This document shows, piece after piece, positions 24,474-40,320 of a stretch of DNA of 64,000 nt. The stretch lies in NCBI GenBank assembly GCA_964016885.1, contig OZ024741.1:79794001-79858000 (forward strand), read 5' to 3'. The position numbers and the translations under genes were made by a program. The notes beneath the pieces were generated by a model. That model worked only from the letters and a program-made list of their open reading frames with translations, made no database searches and had not been told where the DNA came from. How positions within the stretch are numbered: position 1 is the stretch's first letter; each line of letters begins with the position of its first letter. The DNA comes from Eledone cirrhosa (taxonomy: Eukaryota).

Positions 24474-25518
24474 ATTAAAATACAAATATTAATAAAATAG
24501 ATGTTCTTTTGATCAATTACATTTTATTAAACATATTTCGGATGTACAACAGTACGTCCTCATCAGACAAAATATAATGATCCATGACATACCCTGAGAT
24601 GTTAAATGGTTAAGATTTAATCAAGGTAGTGATTAACCTAAGAGAAAATTTAACATTTATACCCTAATAATGAGAAAATGCGAAAACGTAATACATTCAA
24701 TAGAGAATGTGTGAGTAAGAAAAACGTTGCTTAATGTAACAGTTATGGAGATTTTAAAATGTATGATACTACAATTTATGTTTATCTAGGAAAACATCTC
24801 ATGAATTATAACAGTCAATGAGAGCCACTGGAATAGGATTTATAGAGAGGGAAAGATAAGGGGGTAATATATGCAGAAGGAGATTTTTTTCTGAAAGTTA
24901 AACGGTTAAGTTTGAAAATATTTAATTTATGCTATTTTAGGGTGAAGAATCAAGATTTTAGGGTTTTTTTTAAATTGCTGGTTATTTATATTTATTAGTT
25001 TTGTAAATTCTATAAGTGTGTTAACATTTCTAAACTTCTGAATTTTATGAGGATAACATTTAAAGGATTTAGCTGGCCAACGGAAAGGAAAGTTTACACT
25101 GTTGAATATTTTCCTAAATGTAAACTTTAACGAAGATAATCATTGTCAACATATTCTGTATGTAAAGCTTATGAAGTACTTATTGTTAGAAATATTTAAA
25201 TAACGATTATGTATATAGATATATATTAATGAGCCAGTATATTTTAGGTAAATGATAACGAAAATAAAAATAAAATAATAGATTGAGGCATGCTAAAGTT
25301 AAATATATACCTATCTATATATAACAGGGTGTAAATGCATTAATTATTCATAGTTCAAAATAAATAATAATCAAGAAATTTAGAAGTTAACTAAAAATTA
25401 TGTATAGAAAGATACAGGGAGGTATATATGGATATATATTAGGTATTAGTGATACAGTATACTTTAGGTAAATGATAACGGTTATAATTTTATATAATAA
25501 AGTTCGACGTGTTACAGT

Positions 25519-25562
<44 letters not shown>

Positions 25563-28410
25563 AAAAACAATAATAAATGCATGGATAATTCAGAGTTCAA
25601 AATAAGGTCTATAATATTTTATAGTTTGTATATTTGCTCTATATTTGAATCATGGATATAAAAATGCAGTAGGTATATTTAAAAACATAGAAAATATAAT
25701 TACATACATATTATAAATAAGAGATCAAAAACGCATGAAAGATTCACACTTAGAAATAAGTTCCGTAAAGATGTATGGGTTGGATATTAAACTAAAATTT
25801 AAAACTTAGATAGGAAGATAAATATAGAGAAATAAAGAAATAATGGTATGGATCAAAGTTAATAATATTATGTTATGTATATCAATGTTCCGGCATGTTA
25901 TTGAACAAGTGTCTTTCATTCGAGCGTTATTTCTTCTATAGATAGTTATAAGATAATGCAATATTAAAGGCCATTAATGTTTTTCCCTGTTGATTATATA
26001 CGCCTGACAACCAAGTTTTTAATGGTTTAGTGTTTCTCTCTCTTTTTTTCTCGTTTTTGTGGGAGGCTAAGAATGTGGACGTAGCTTTATGGAGGCAACT
26101 AGAGAATAATTCACTTTTTTTGTTAATTAGGGTCTCATAGTTATTAATAATCAACAGGGTCTCCATTGTACAAAGCGCGCAGTTATTTGATATACTAGAG
26201 TTGCGGTAAACTCCACAGTTCCGAAGTTTTGTCCAAAGAATGGAGTATTTTAAATTCCTCTCTTTTAATGACCATATGAGCTGTGATAAAGACGTGGATG
26301 ATTTCCTCTTGGAGTTCGAGAATGAGCATTTATGGTTCGCAAATCTGGCTTTAAATGTAGAAGAAGTCGATCCTATGTAGTTGTATGTGTTGAGATCAGT
26401 TTTTACGGTGCATTTATAAACCAAATTACTATCTAGACAATTATTTTGCAAAGGGCAATCAGTTTTATTTCTACAATTACATGTTGGTTTAGTATCATTT
26501 ATGTTAACTCTATTATTAAGATCATTATGCTGGTTTTGTTTGAGGATTTTAGTGTTTAATTTGGCAATGTTTGGGGCCATATTCATAGTTGTAGAATACG
26601 AGAATTTAATGGTAGGTCTATTAAAAATGGAATGGTATTTATGGAGTAGGGAAAGAGGTGTCCAAAGCGTTAAAGAATAATTTTGCAATTGGTGTTTTAA
26701 CTGCGACCGAAGTAGGGTGTGGGGGCGAACCATATGACTGATTTAGTTCTAGTTCTTATCCTCGATTTATTTGGCGTATGGGTGTTTGAATTATAATTAT
26801 TAGAGTTTCTCTTATATATGTTATTATTTTTATGAAGATTAATACTTGGATTATTATTATTATCTACATATTCTATATTATTCATATATCCTGCTCTTTT
26901 TAACGTGTTGTTGTAGTATTCACCGTTTTCATCGAATATAGCTTTATTGGCTGATATTTTATTAATTCGTTTTTGCACACTATTTACTATAGCTTTTTTT
27001 ACAGATTTAGGGTGATTGGAATGGTTACTAACATAGTTTAAGTTTTCATTGGGCTTATGAAAAGGGTAATAGAAGTCAGTGTTTAAGTTAAACGTAACGT
27101 CTAGGAAATTAACTATATTTTGGTACCATTTTCTACTTCTAACTTAAGGTCGTACATTTTAAAGAATTCTATTATACTTTTCTTTACTCTATTTAGTTCT
27201 ATATTGTTGTGTTTGACCACCGTAAATAAAATGTCGTCCCTATATAAACCACCGGTAATCTCCGGCAGTTTTCTATTTATCATATTTAATATGAAAATTC
27301 CCAGAAGATCTGTGATTTGCGCGGAATCAGATGCCTCCATAGTGATATCAAAGTTTCTATCTCTATCTGAGCGAGTCCAATATTCGTTGTTGAAGTTAAT
27401 AAGAGTTCTTCTGGCTGTTAGTATTATATCTATTTCATCCGTGGTTATATCAGTATGCTTATAAGCATATGAAAGAGCCTTATTTAGAAGGTTAGGTGTT
27501 ATGGAAGAATAGTAGCTAGTAATGTCCATCTGGATGAATTTATGGTTTTTATTATCTTCTATATTCGTGTACCATTCTATGACTTCATTTGTATCTTTCC
27601 ATAAGCTCAAATTAGATCTCAATTTAAGAGTGGGTAATATTCTATCTATGATGTTTTTACTGATTACTCCAATATCCGATTTCGATGGAGCAATCAGTTT
27701 AACTGGCATCTCTTCCTCAAACTTTCTTTTGTAATCCTTCAAGTTAATCCTCGGCTGCCTAGGTAAGAATGGCTCGGTTCTTCCTTCTATTCCTAAATTG
27801 GTAATTAATTTGTAGGCTTCTTCATTAATTTCAGTAAGATCATCAGCCGGGGCTTTTTTGTAATTTTTCCTAAGTTCCTTTAACATCAAGTTGTTATATT
27901 CATCTTTGCTTATCCCATATATATTATTAGTTTTGTCCGATTTAACCAATACTTTGTTAACATTTTTTATTTCCGTGATTTTTTCTTTTAGAGTTCTAAG
28001 GTATTGGTGACCTATATATGGGTTTTTTCCTAAATTTAATTTTTTTTATTATACCCAGAAGTCTGTTGTATGGAGGATTCTTTCTTGATTTAAATAAAGA
28101 TCCAAAATGATTGTTGTTGGATTTTCTTTCAGCATCTTTATTTTCGAAATGAAAAGCTCTCCATCTCATTCTTCTAATAAAAGAGTTTGCATGTTCGATA
28201 GTTTTCCTCATGTATTCTTCATTTGAAGTTATGGGTATATCTTTGAGGGAAATCGGGAAGTTTAAGAAATCCATATTTATTGAATATGCAATCTATTGTA
28301 TAGAAAAGCGCTCAACCATTTGGGAACAGTATATATTAAAGAGTTAAACAAGATTCAATGAGTATATCAAAGAATGAGTTTTACAGTAGATTGGAAGCAC
28401 TCTACAGTAA
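24474..28410 (-). mobile_element. Full-length, frameshifted single-ORF Nematis-type PLE
   Basis: ORF pieces 27996-28274 (FIRRMRWRA), 27113-27949 (KSDKT, MDITSYYSSI, FDITM, LYRDD), 26697-26978 and 25936-26733 (CNCRNKTDCPLQNNC, LVY..YIGST). Long 3' UTR with HHR; pLTR remnant at 28337-28410. Confidence 0.92.
24521..24573 (-). ncRNA. Minimal hammerhead ribozyme
   Basis: ATTTTGT-CTGATGA-GGACGTAC TGTT GTACATCC-GAAA-TATGTT-TA-ATAAAAT. Confidence 0.85.
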
Positions 28411-28464
28411 AAAAAAAAAAATTGTTCCATAGTATAATTGAAATACATAAAATACATAAAATGT

Positions 28465-28574
28465 TATTTATTTTATTTTATTTTATTATTTTATTTTATT
28501 TTATTTTATTTTATTTTATTTTATTTTATTTTATTTTATTTTATTTTATTTTATTTTATTTTATTTTATTTTAT
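28465..28574. repeat. (TTTTA)n microsatellite
   Basis: Direct observation. Confidence 0.95.
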
Positions 28575-29739
28575 GTATTTTATGTACTTCAATTATACTA
28601 TGTACTGTATTTATATATCTATCTCTCTCTATATATATGTGTGTATATATATAAATATGTATTTATATGCATGTACATATATTTAGGTGTGTATATGTAT
28701 GTGTATGTATATATGGGTGATGCATATCTACCTATATGTGTAGGTACGTCTATGTGTATATATTTGGGAATTGTGTATATATATGTATATGCATACAATT
28801 CGATTACACTTGTTTATAAGGATTATCTTAAGGTTCGTGATTAATAAACTTATATAATAACAGTCATAACTACATAACAGGTAGTTTTATTAGATATAAA
28901 ACTTATATATATATAAAAAAAATTTGTATAATAACATAAAGTGTGTATAACATAAAATTTCCTGTAATATCCTAACAATTGTAACATTTATATAACTAAA
29001 TAACGTAATTTCCTTCACGCTGCGTTGATATTACATAGAAATGATTTTCTCTGATTTTATAAGATTTTCTACGAAAAATCTATAAGTTTATGAAAATTCA
29101 TATATCTTAACTTAAAAAATCCTTTATACTTTGTATGTATATATTATGTACGTAGATATATATGTATATGTATTTATACGTATATATATATTTATATGTA
29201 TCTATATCTGTGCCTGCGTGTGTATATATATGAAGATATTCTTCTAATAATATATAGATTTTTTAATAATATATAGTCTTAATAATAATATATAGATCTC
29301 AATTTTTAATGTATAGATCTCAATAATTTAAATGATAAACTAAACATTTAATCATATTGAAACAATGGTTAACATTCTCATATTATATATGTATCTTCCA
29401 TTCAAGATTATTTACATTTCTCTATTCATCCATAAAAAATAAATATTTATTTACTCTTTCACTTCATCTCAAATGTTAAGATAACTCAACAACCTATCTC
29501 TTATCTTTCTCCTTTCTCTTTCTTTTTTCCTTTTCTTTTTTCTTTTTTCTCTCTCTTGTTCTTCTTCCTCTCTCTCTTTCTATTTCTCCGTAACCCAACG
29601 GCTTATTTAAAAATATCCAATACTAATTTACATAATAGTATAAATAAAGTTATAACCCCACTATCCGGGAGCTTCCAACAGTAATGGTTGCATTCTTTAA
29701 GGGTATGTCAATATTTATTTATAAAAATGCTCTATATTA

Positions 29740-29804
29740 TATTTTATCTGATGAAAGCACACCATAATTTAACTTGGTGTCCTTGAAATATGTATAATGA
29801 AATA
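29740..29804 (+). ncRNA. Minimal hammerhead in PLE 3' end (family also at 9601-9720, 36118-36270, 61372-62027)
   Basis: TATTTTAT-CTGATGA-AAGCACACCA...TGGTGTCCTT-GAAA-TATGTA-TA-ATGAAATA. Confidence 0.8.
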
Positions 29805-29843
29805 AATATGGTTTTATAAATATAGTTTCCATTTGTTAATATC

Positions 29844-31084
<1,241 letters not shown>

Positions 31085-31441
31085 TTAATTCTTTTTAAGG
31101 CAACGCTTGTAATAACTCTAGTTAAACATGATATATATTAATAATAAATTATCGTTGTAATGAAATTAGATTATATAATTGTTATTTTATAAATGATCTT
31201 ATAAATATTATTGTAAGAGGTATAAAAATATTTTCAGACTTTTAATAGTTAATATAAATTTAAAAAATCATATATAAATTAACAATATAACTTACCAAAA
31301 CGAGAAATATTTTTTGATGATAAACGACGAAATACTGGAGGAAGATTCGAAAGCGAAACGATAGATAAACGTGCAAACAAAGTGGCGGATGCTTTTGAAC
31401 AACAATTACTCTCGTTGGTTGATTAGCCAATATATATACAA

Positions 31442-31503
<62 letters not shown>

Positions 31504-31511
31504 ATGTGTGT

Positions 31512-31591
<80 letters not shown>

Positions 31592-32479
31592 GCTTTTATA
31601 AACACATTCATATATATGTATGTATATATATATAAATATATATATATATATACATACATATATATGTATGTATATATATATATATATATATATATGTACG
31701 TATATATATATATATGTACGAGGGAGCTTATAGATAGGACAACATACGCTGTCTTTTCGTGGGGTAAGTTTTTAATTAATTTTTGTATTCTGAAACATCA
31801 AAATACAACAATTTTTTGGTCACTGGACTCGGGAATGTCACGACAGAAGTTTGTGGAAGTTACACAAATATTTTAGTATACTTTAGCAGAGCAATCCTTA
31901 TTTATATCTTACATTTTACATTTACTTACATCTCAATATAGCATGGCTAAAATTCAAATTTTGCAAAGAGAAGAAAACGGTCAAATGAACTAGATACATC
32001 TCACTGTCCCCACCACCACAATAACGTCTACACTCTCTCCCCACCATCACATGTCATTACCATACCATACCCTATCTAGACTAAAGTCATCGACTTGTTG
32101 TCAAACTCTCTACTCTGTGTTGAATGTGTATATATATATATATGTGTGTGATGTATATGTGTGTATATACATCACTCAGTCAAACGACCAGATTTCAACC
32201 CCAACATCTACAACAACAACAACACCGGCCTAATGTTTACAGCAACAACAGCTTCAGAATGAACCGAAATGAACATTTACAACAACAACAGCGGCATCAA
32301 AACATAAAAAAAGGAAGGGAAAAGAAAAGAAAAGAAAAGGGAAAAAAAAAACAAAAAAACTCAAAATAAAACACACACACACACACAACACAACAACAAC
32401 ATCAACTGCCACCACCACCACCGCCACCGCCGCCGCCATCACCATCACCAGCGACCGGGCCTTAAGAAAACAACTTTAA

Positions 32480-32630
32480 TAATAATTTTTCTGCTTTTGG
32501 CACGAATCCAGCGACTGGCCAGCGCATCACTGGTACTCTCTTTGGTTGACTCCGTGGGGATGAAAGGCAAGGTTGACCTCGGCGGGATTTGAGCTCAGAG
32601 CGTGGAGGGCCGTGACTCTATGCTGTAAAG
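32480..32630 (-). mobile_element. Diverged Meta-like SINE
   Basis: GGATGAAAGGCAAGGTTGACCTCGGCGGGATTTGAGCTC is the reverse complement of the B-box and central domain. Confidence 0.75.
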
Positions 32631-32733
32631 CAATTATAATAATACTGGATTGTAGTACGATCGGCTTCAACTATACAAACTCTTGAAAGTCAACAGTTGA
32701 CATAATCTTGTAATCTTGTATCAGTAATGACAG

Positions 32734-32883
<150 letters not shown>

Positions 32884-33009
32884 GTGAGTAGAGTAGCGTG
32901 TGTGTGTTTGTTTGTATGTATGAGTGTTGCTGTGTGCGCGCATATGTATGCGCGTGTGTGTATGTCGTACGTATAAGTGTCAATAAGTGATTTTTTTTTT
33001 TTTTGCGTG

Positions 33010-34426
33010 GGGACATAGAAATAATCGGGCTGGATGCCCGATCGCGCAGTTAAACCACTGGGAGTGAAGAACCCCTAGCCCTTGTCAGGGCATTCTTCTA
33101 GGAGAAGGCATCTCAGGAAACTGGGTTAACTCCGACATAAAACCTGCGGCTCAGTAGTTACCGATGATGTTGATCTTTTCTTCTTTTCGGGTTATAGCTA
33201 CTGTCGCTCAGAGAGTGAGATTGGCTCAGTGCACAGTCTTTCCTCACTTTAAAAATATTTGTCACGCACAGGCATTGCACGAGTGCATTAATAATTATTA
33301 ATAGTGTACTATTATTATTATTATTATTATTACTATTATTATTACTTTTTTTTTTCCCCCAAAGTGATGCTTTCGGAAAGCTAGAAAGGCGACTCTGGGG
33401 TCGGCGAGACATATGCAGGAGGACAAAGGTAAAGGTCTACAGGGCATGTGTGCTCTCTTGTCTTCTTTATGCCTGCGAGACCTGGGTCACATATCGACAC
33501 CACCTTAAGCAATTGGAGCGTTTCCATCAGATGTGTCTCAGACGGATCCATGGCGTTCACTGGAGGGACCACATCAGTGATGTCGAGATTTTGGAAAGCT
33601 CTATGTGTGACAGTATAGAAGCTCTTGTGCTTAAGCAACGACTCCGTTGGAGTGGTCACCTTGCCAGGATGAAGGATTCTAGAATACCAAAACAACTCTT
33701 TTATGGAGAGTTGGTTAAAGGAAAACGACCGCCACATAAACCAAAAAAGAGGTATAAGGATTCCTTGAAAGCCTCTCTGAAAGACGCTAACATCTCTGCT
33801 GATACATGGGAGAATATTGCTGCTGATCGTAATAAATGAAGAAAGACTGTATATGAGGGAAAAGTTGCCTTTGAGGCATCTCGAATCGCATACGAGAAAG
33901 TAAAGCGGGATGTGAGGAAGGGCATTGTTGTTGCACTTCCAGACGGCGAGGGTCCTCCTATGGTGCTGACATGCAGCGTATGTGCGAGACTCTGCCTAAG
34001 CAAAGCTGGACTCGAAAGTCATCTTCGCAGTCATAAAGTAAGACCAGTGGTTGACTACCAGGTTGCTGTTGGAGATGCTACTCATCATGCTTGCCAAACA
34101 TGTGGTAGAGAATGTAAATCAGCAGGAGGGCTCAAGCGACATGCAAAAGTACACGAACTCCAACCACAGTCGACTATTCCCAGTGAATGTTTTGGTTGCC
34201 GACTCTGTGCAAGACATTTTAGATCATTGGCTGGGCTAAAAAGCCACATTCGATCGCAGCGCTGTTAGTTGCTATCGTGTGTGTGTGTGTGTGTAGATAT
34301 GCTTATGTGTGTGCGTGTGTGTGTATATATATATGTATATGTATATTATTATTGTTGTTGTCGTTATTATTATTGTTGTTATTATTATTATTATTATTAT
34401 TATTGTTATTAATGTATGTGTGTGTG

Positions 34427-34494
<68 letters not shown>

Positions 34495-34582
34495 GTTTTT
34501 TTATTTATTTATTTATTATTATTTTTTTTTTTTTCTTCTCGTGCAATGGCCATACTCGATAACGAGGGGGCAGCCATCATCA
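33010..34582 (+). mobile_element. Internally deleted RTE-clade LINE
   Basis: 5'-UTR-like piece 33010-33285, ORF2 C-terminus 33363-34268, tail 34540-34582. Confidence 0.8.
33363..34268 (+). pseudogene. RTE ORF2 C-terminal region with three C2H2-type zinc fingers; one premature TGA (33837-33839)
   Basis: AFGKL..TKVKVYRACVLSCLLYACETW..LERFH..RLRWSGHLARM..PKQLFYGEL..RYKD, then CSVC..HLRSH, CQTC..HAKVH, CRLC..HIRSQ. Confidence 0.9.
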
Positions 34583-34680
34583 TATATATATATATACATA
34601 CATATATATGTATGTATATATATATATATAGATATATATATATATATATACATACATATATATGTATGTGTTTATAAAAG

Positions 34681-34713
<33 letters not shown>

Positions 34714-35472
34714 GTATATATATATAGAGAGAGAGAGATATATATAATAGATATATACGTATGTAATGATTTTCTTTTTACTCTCTTGTCTCTCTCCTTC
34801 ATCTTTCCACTCATCGTTCTTGTTCTCACGCGTTTTCTCTCCTTCCAATTCTATTCATCTTCTGCTTTTATTTTCAGGAAGTCTTCAGAAACTGTTGCAA
34901 AGTGAAGCATGTTCTTTGATCTGTAGTAACATCTCAAGAATCTATGACATTGCATCAATAAGAAAACCTTTAAGCGGTTATTCGGAGCAGTTGCTGTTGT
35001 TGTTGTTGTTGTTGTTGATTATGATGATGATGATGATGATGATGATGACGATGATGATGATGATGAGAATCACATCCGTCTTGATCGGACAGAACTAAGT
35101 TCAAAGGCATACAAACTGTGACTATTCCGAATTTCTAGTGTGATAGGTAGATCTACATTATACAATATATATCTTTGCCTTTTCTTTTTCAAACTGTCGC
35201 TATATAATATGAAGGGGACTTTGCTGAGATTTCTAACAGGTCAAGCCAATGCACAGAGGGTCACAAGCTGGTTCGTTTAGACTGATCTATTGTTGTTGAT
35301 GTTTATGCTTCGTAGCTATAATCAAATGTGTTCTCTCCAGCAGCAGATTTTGGTAGAAACTTGTCAAAATAAAAATATGCATGTAAATTAACCCTCTTAT
35401 ATATAAGAAAACTAAAACCGACCTACAGGCAAACAACCACACCCACACACATATATATTTATACATATATTC

Positions 35473-35555
<83 letters not shown>

Positions 35556-35562
35556 TGTCTGT

Positions 35563-35593
<31 letters not shown>

Positions 35594-35846
35594 TCTGTCT
35601 GTCTGTCTGTCTGTCTATCTGTCTGTGTCGACAGCCGATCGACTTTCGTCAAATCGGACCGAGGAAACAATGTTTCCATTGGTCTTTCCCAATTGCTAAT
35701 ACTATCTGTCGGTCGCAACTCCAGGTAGAAGGAGCAACGTGAAATAAAGTGTCTTGCTCAAGGACATAATGCATCACCCGGTCCGTAGATGGAACTCACA
35801 ACTTTACAATTGCGAATCCAATTCTCTAACCACTCAGCCATCTGCC

Positions 35847-36009
<163 letters not shown>

Positions 36010-36081
36010 CGTGTGCGCCTGTGTGTGTGTGTGTATTAGTTGTCGGAACGACCGGAGCTCAGCCGTCGGGGTCCTGAATCT

Positions 36082-36123
<42 letters not shown>

Positions 36124-36162
36124 ATATTAAATAAATGGAAACTATATTTATAAAACCATATA

Positions 36163-36227
36163 TATTTTATTATATATATTTCAAGGGTAACCAAGACAAT
36201 ATTGGTACGCTTTCATCAGATAAAATA
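36163..36227 (-). ncRNA. Minimal hammerhead ribozyme
   Basis: TATTTTAT-CTGATGA-AAGCGTACCAA...TTGGTTACCCTT-GAAA-TATATA-TA-ATAAAATA. Confidence 0.82.
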
Positions 36228-36879
36228 CAAAGTTTGTTTTATAAATAGAGACGTACCCATGAAAATCATACCTTATCGGTTGGAAATTCACTGGATTGTG
36301 GAAATATATTAGGGATTATTCAAACTTATGTGTGAATATGCAAATGAATATGTAAATAATTGAAAAATAACCGTTTATTTAAATGACACTGGAGAAAGAG
36401 AGAGAAGAAAGAGAGAGAAAGTAATAATATTACGAGAGAGATAGAGAGAAGAAATTAACAAGAGGATGAATAGAACTCATGTAACGTTAGTATGGGGGAA
36501 TAAATTTTAAGTATATATCTACTAATGGTATGTATATTTACGATTATTTAGTTGTTAAAATTCTTTTCTAATATATTTACTGTTATAAGTAGATAGAAAA
36601 ATAAATAGATAGATATAGAAAAATAAATATATATAAAATTATATAGAAAAATATATGAAAAAATAAATAGATAGAAAAATAGATAGATAGAAAAATAAAT
36701 AGAAAAATTAAAAAATAAATCAATAAATAGATAAATAGATAAATAGATAGATAAATGGATAGATGGGTATATCGTGTTATAGATAATTGTTTTAATGAGT
36801 TATGCGGGATTTTGGTTTATATTTAATGTAAGTAAATATTGAGTTAAATTAGATTAAGTTAACTGAGTTAATAAGAATA

Positions 36880-36962
36880 TTTATATTTATATATTTTAAA
36901 TTTATATATTTTAAATTTATATATTTTAAATTTATATATTTTAAATTTATATATTTTAAATT
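36880..36962. repeat. 15-bp tandem repeat TTTATATATTTTAAA
   Basis: About 5 copies. Confidence 0.9.
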
Positions 36963-38199
36963 GGGAAGATACGGAAAAAAATCCAGTTTTGTTTATTTAT
37001 TCGTTAGTATGAGACTATTTTGTCAAAATAAGTATAAATATTGAAAGATATATTTAGCCTGAATTAGTTAGTGGTTATAAATCTAATAAAAGATATTAAA
37101 AAATGTTATTAAAAATATAAACGTTTGTATATGTATAACCTCCTCCGTTATTAAAAATATTAAAAATTCGGGAAAATTAAAAAAAAAAAAAAAAGTAATT
37201 TTTAAAAATATATGAAGAATTTAAGAAATAAAAAATAAAAAAATAAAGAATTTAAAAAAACTTTTACAATATTAAAATTAAAATTAAGATTAAAATTAAA
37301 ATTTTAAAATTTAATAGTTAGGATCATATATGTATATATTTTAAGAAATTTTAAGAAGTGAAATTATAGCAAATATTATAGATATGATTTAGAGATAACA
37401 ATATATTAAACCAGAGTGGATAAGATTGTTATGGAAATAAGTAGAAATATTATAAGTGTAATTATAATTTATATATAGTTCTAAACGTTGAATTTAGGCG
37501 ATGTTTACAAGAACTAAATAAATTCATATATATATATATTTATATGTATATATATTATGTATTATATATATATGAGAGAGAGATGTATAGATATATAGAT
37601 CATAAGTCATGTCCTTAGAATTATTAGATAAAATATATACCATTTCCTCTCCCAATTAGCATAATTAGATATATAGATATAGTTATATATGGTATTAGCT
37701 GGACATACTAGCAATCAAAGGAACTAGAAGTTTGTTTACAAAATCACGTATCCTCCATTATCAGAAGTTGTATTTGCCGTCTGTCAGGACTAATCTTGTT
37801 GGTGTTGTTGCCATTGTTGCTTTCGTATGTTTTGCTGCTGTTGTTGTTGTTGTCAGCAACGCTGCCTGTGGTGGTGGTGTTGTCAACATGAGGGGCCGTA
37901 TTCTTTCCAATTTTTTTTTGTTTTTTTTTACAGCTAATGTTTTTCACAAAAATAAAGTTCAAATATTTGGCCCCAAGTCCCAAATATTATAGAATCTCCT
38001 TTTCACGAGGCAAAGAGGTGACCCTTTGCAACATAAAATATATAACAAAATACAAATTAAAAATCTTGAGTTAACAAACCTAACAGAGCTCAGAATCGCA
38101 CGTCTTCACAGGTCAAACAACAGCAGCAGCAGCAGCAGCAACAATAACAACAACAACAACAACTCCTGTAAAGATAGCAGTGCAGAACATCATAAACAG

Positions 38200-40320
38200 A
38201 AATTAAGTTGACATCACATCCCTTAATGCACTAATCTATGCTTCTACTACAAAATGTTTGGCGTGAAACTCAGAAATATACTACAAAAATTTCGAAAAAA
38301 ATCCAGCATGGCAAGAAAAGATCAAGAAAGAAATCAATGTTCTTTGTACTGGCATAGAAATACAAAGAAATATTGGCAAAAAATCACAACATTAAGCTTT
38401 CAAAAAGCATAAAAACAAGAGAAAGTATGAATTAGAATCAAACACTCAAATTTATAAAACAATAAAGAAGTGTAGTAAAAATAAAAGGTGCATGTTAAAT
38501 CCGCTCGCACACACAGCTTTGAAAAACAATTTAGGTCTCCAAAGGCAACATGTTCAAAAGACACCTCCAAAAATTCTGCAAAAATGTAGGAAAAAGCTCA
38601 ATCGAAGTAAAAGATGTTCCTACAATGCAAGAAATATGTGGCTTTTGAAGTAAAATATGGTCTGATGAAAAAAAAGGCATGACACAAATATTTAATGGAT
38701 TAACCAACAAAAAACAAGACAGAACAAATACGTAGAAGAATAGAAATGGGCTTTGAAAAAATCCTGTAAATGGAAATCTCCTTGAAAGAATAAAATCCCC
38801 AGCTTTTGGTTTAATAATATCTTGACAAATTCTCATGAAAAGTTAACTTTCATTTACAATATTAATAAAATTAATAAAATACATATGACCCATGAGTAGC
38901 TGGTTAATGGTGATACCTTTTTGCTCCCTAACCGCGATGAAACCAAAACGCTCCAAATTATAGACTTATAACATGCTTAATATCAATTCTGACAAAACAC
39001 ACTTACAACAATATTTTTCCTGGTGAATAAAAAAAAGATGCAAATGCGATTCATACGAATGCACTGATCAACTGTTAATCAACAAGATAATCCTTAATAA
39101 TTGTCAAGGCATGGATAGACTATTAAAAAAATACCTTTGATAGCCTTCCTCGCGGCTGGATTGAAGACTGCTTTGAGATATTCAAAATCTCACCTGTTAT
39201 CAGAAAATGTTTGCCACATGTCATGAAGCTTTGGAAGACAACATTGATTTTTAACAAAAACACCACCACCATTAACTCAGGAGATGTTAATATCAAACGT
39301 GGGTTCTTCCAAGAATACTTACTATTCCCTTTAGTGTTCTGCGTAGTGCTGATTCTTCTAAACAAATTATTAAATGACTGGATATGGATATAAAACTTGT
39401 GAAATAAACATCAATCATTGTTAGCCACCAACAATTTTATATTAGATAACGATATCATAATGAAATAGTTAGAACCAGTGGGCAGTTATAAGTATCTAGG
39501 TCTATGTGAGGGAGTCGGTTTTAAACATTCACTAATGAGAGACAGATAAGAAAGAATGTTATCAAAGAGTTAGAGCCATTCTAATGAGTGAATTAAATGC
39601 CAGAAACAAAATAGAGGCTATTAATACACTAACCACATCAGTTGTTACATCTTCAACATTATTGACTGGCTACTATCGGAAATTAGGAAAATTGTTGTCA
39701 AAATCAGAAAGCTACTAACGATGCACCGTATGTATCACTCAAAAAGAAGGTGATCGTAGGTTAGAACAATTTCAACTTTCAATTATAACTGTCACCATAG
39801 GCTTTTTTACGTACTTTTAGAATAGATAAAGGATTGGATGTTATAATATGAAGGGTCCAAACCGCTACACTCAATACCAAAAGACGCAAAATAAAAACAC
39901 CTTCGAGAAATGCAATTAGTTGAGCCAGAATCCAATGATGAAAATGTTTCCTCTGCTAAAACGGCTAAGCAAATAAGGAACTAGGTAAACAAACCAGCCT
40001 ACGACATACTAAAGAAAATAGGCACAAAAAACCATTGCATTGCAAATATCCTAAACGAGCCTGCGATCCTGATGTAGGCAAAATTGTTACTCATTAGTTT
40101 CTGGCAAGCTCTGGGAAGCGAGGAAGCGAGGAGTATATTATTGTTGCCCAAGATCAGTGCCTTCCTACCAGAAATTATAAGTGTCACGTTTTAAAAACTG
40201 ACACCGACAACAGATCAAACTATCTCTGGATGTGGCCAATTGGGACTATTCAAGTACTAGCAACGGTGTGAAATAGCAGCTCAGTACATACACTAGGTGA
40301 TATGCCGCAAATTCAATCTC
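38200..40320 (+). pseudogene. Heavily decayed R4/Dong-like (RLE-type) LINE
   Basis: Fragments AWIDY..FDSLPRGWI (about 39108-39165), IKRGFFQ..LFPLVFC (39290), YKYLG (39487), NARNKIEAIN and a CCHC-region remnant near 40220-40305. Confidence 0.7.

Noticed and set aside
33837-33839. In-frame TGA as selenocysteine or readthrough
   Set aside because: The position is normally Trp in RTE proteins (TGG>TGA), and no SECIS is evident
33912-34268. Host C2H2 zinc-finger gene
   Set aside because: In frame with RTE ORF2 across one stop codon and followed by the LINE tail
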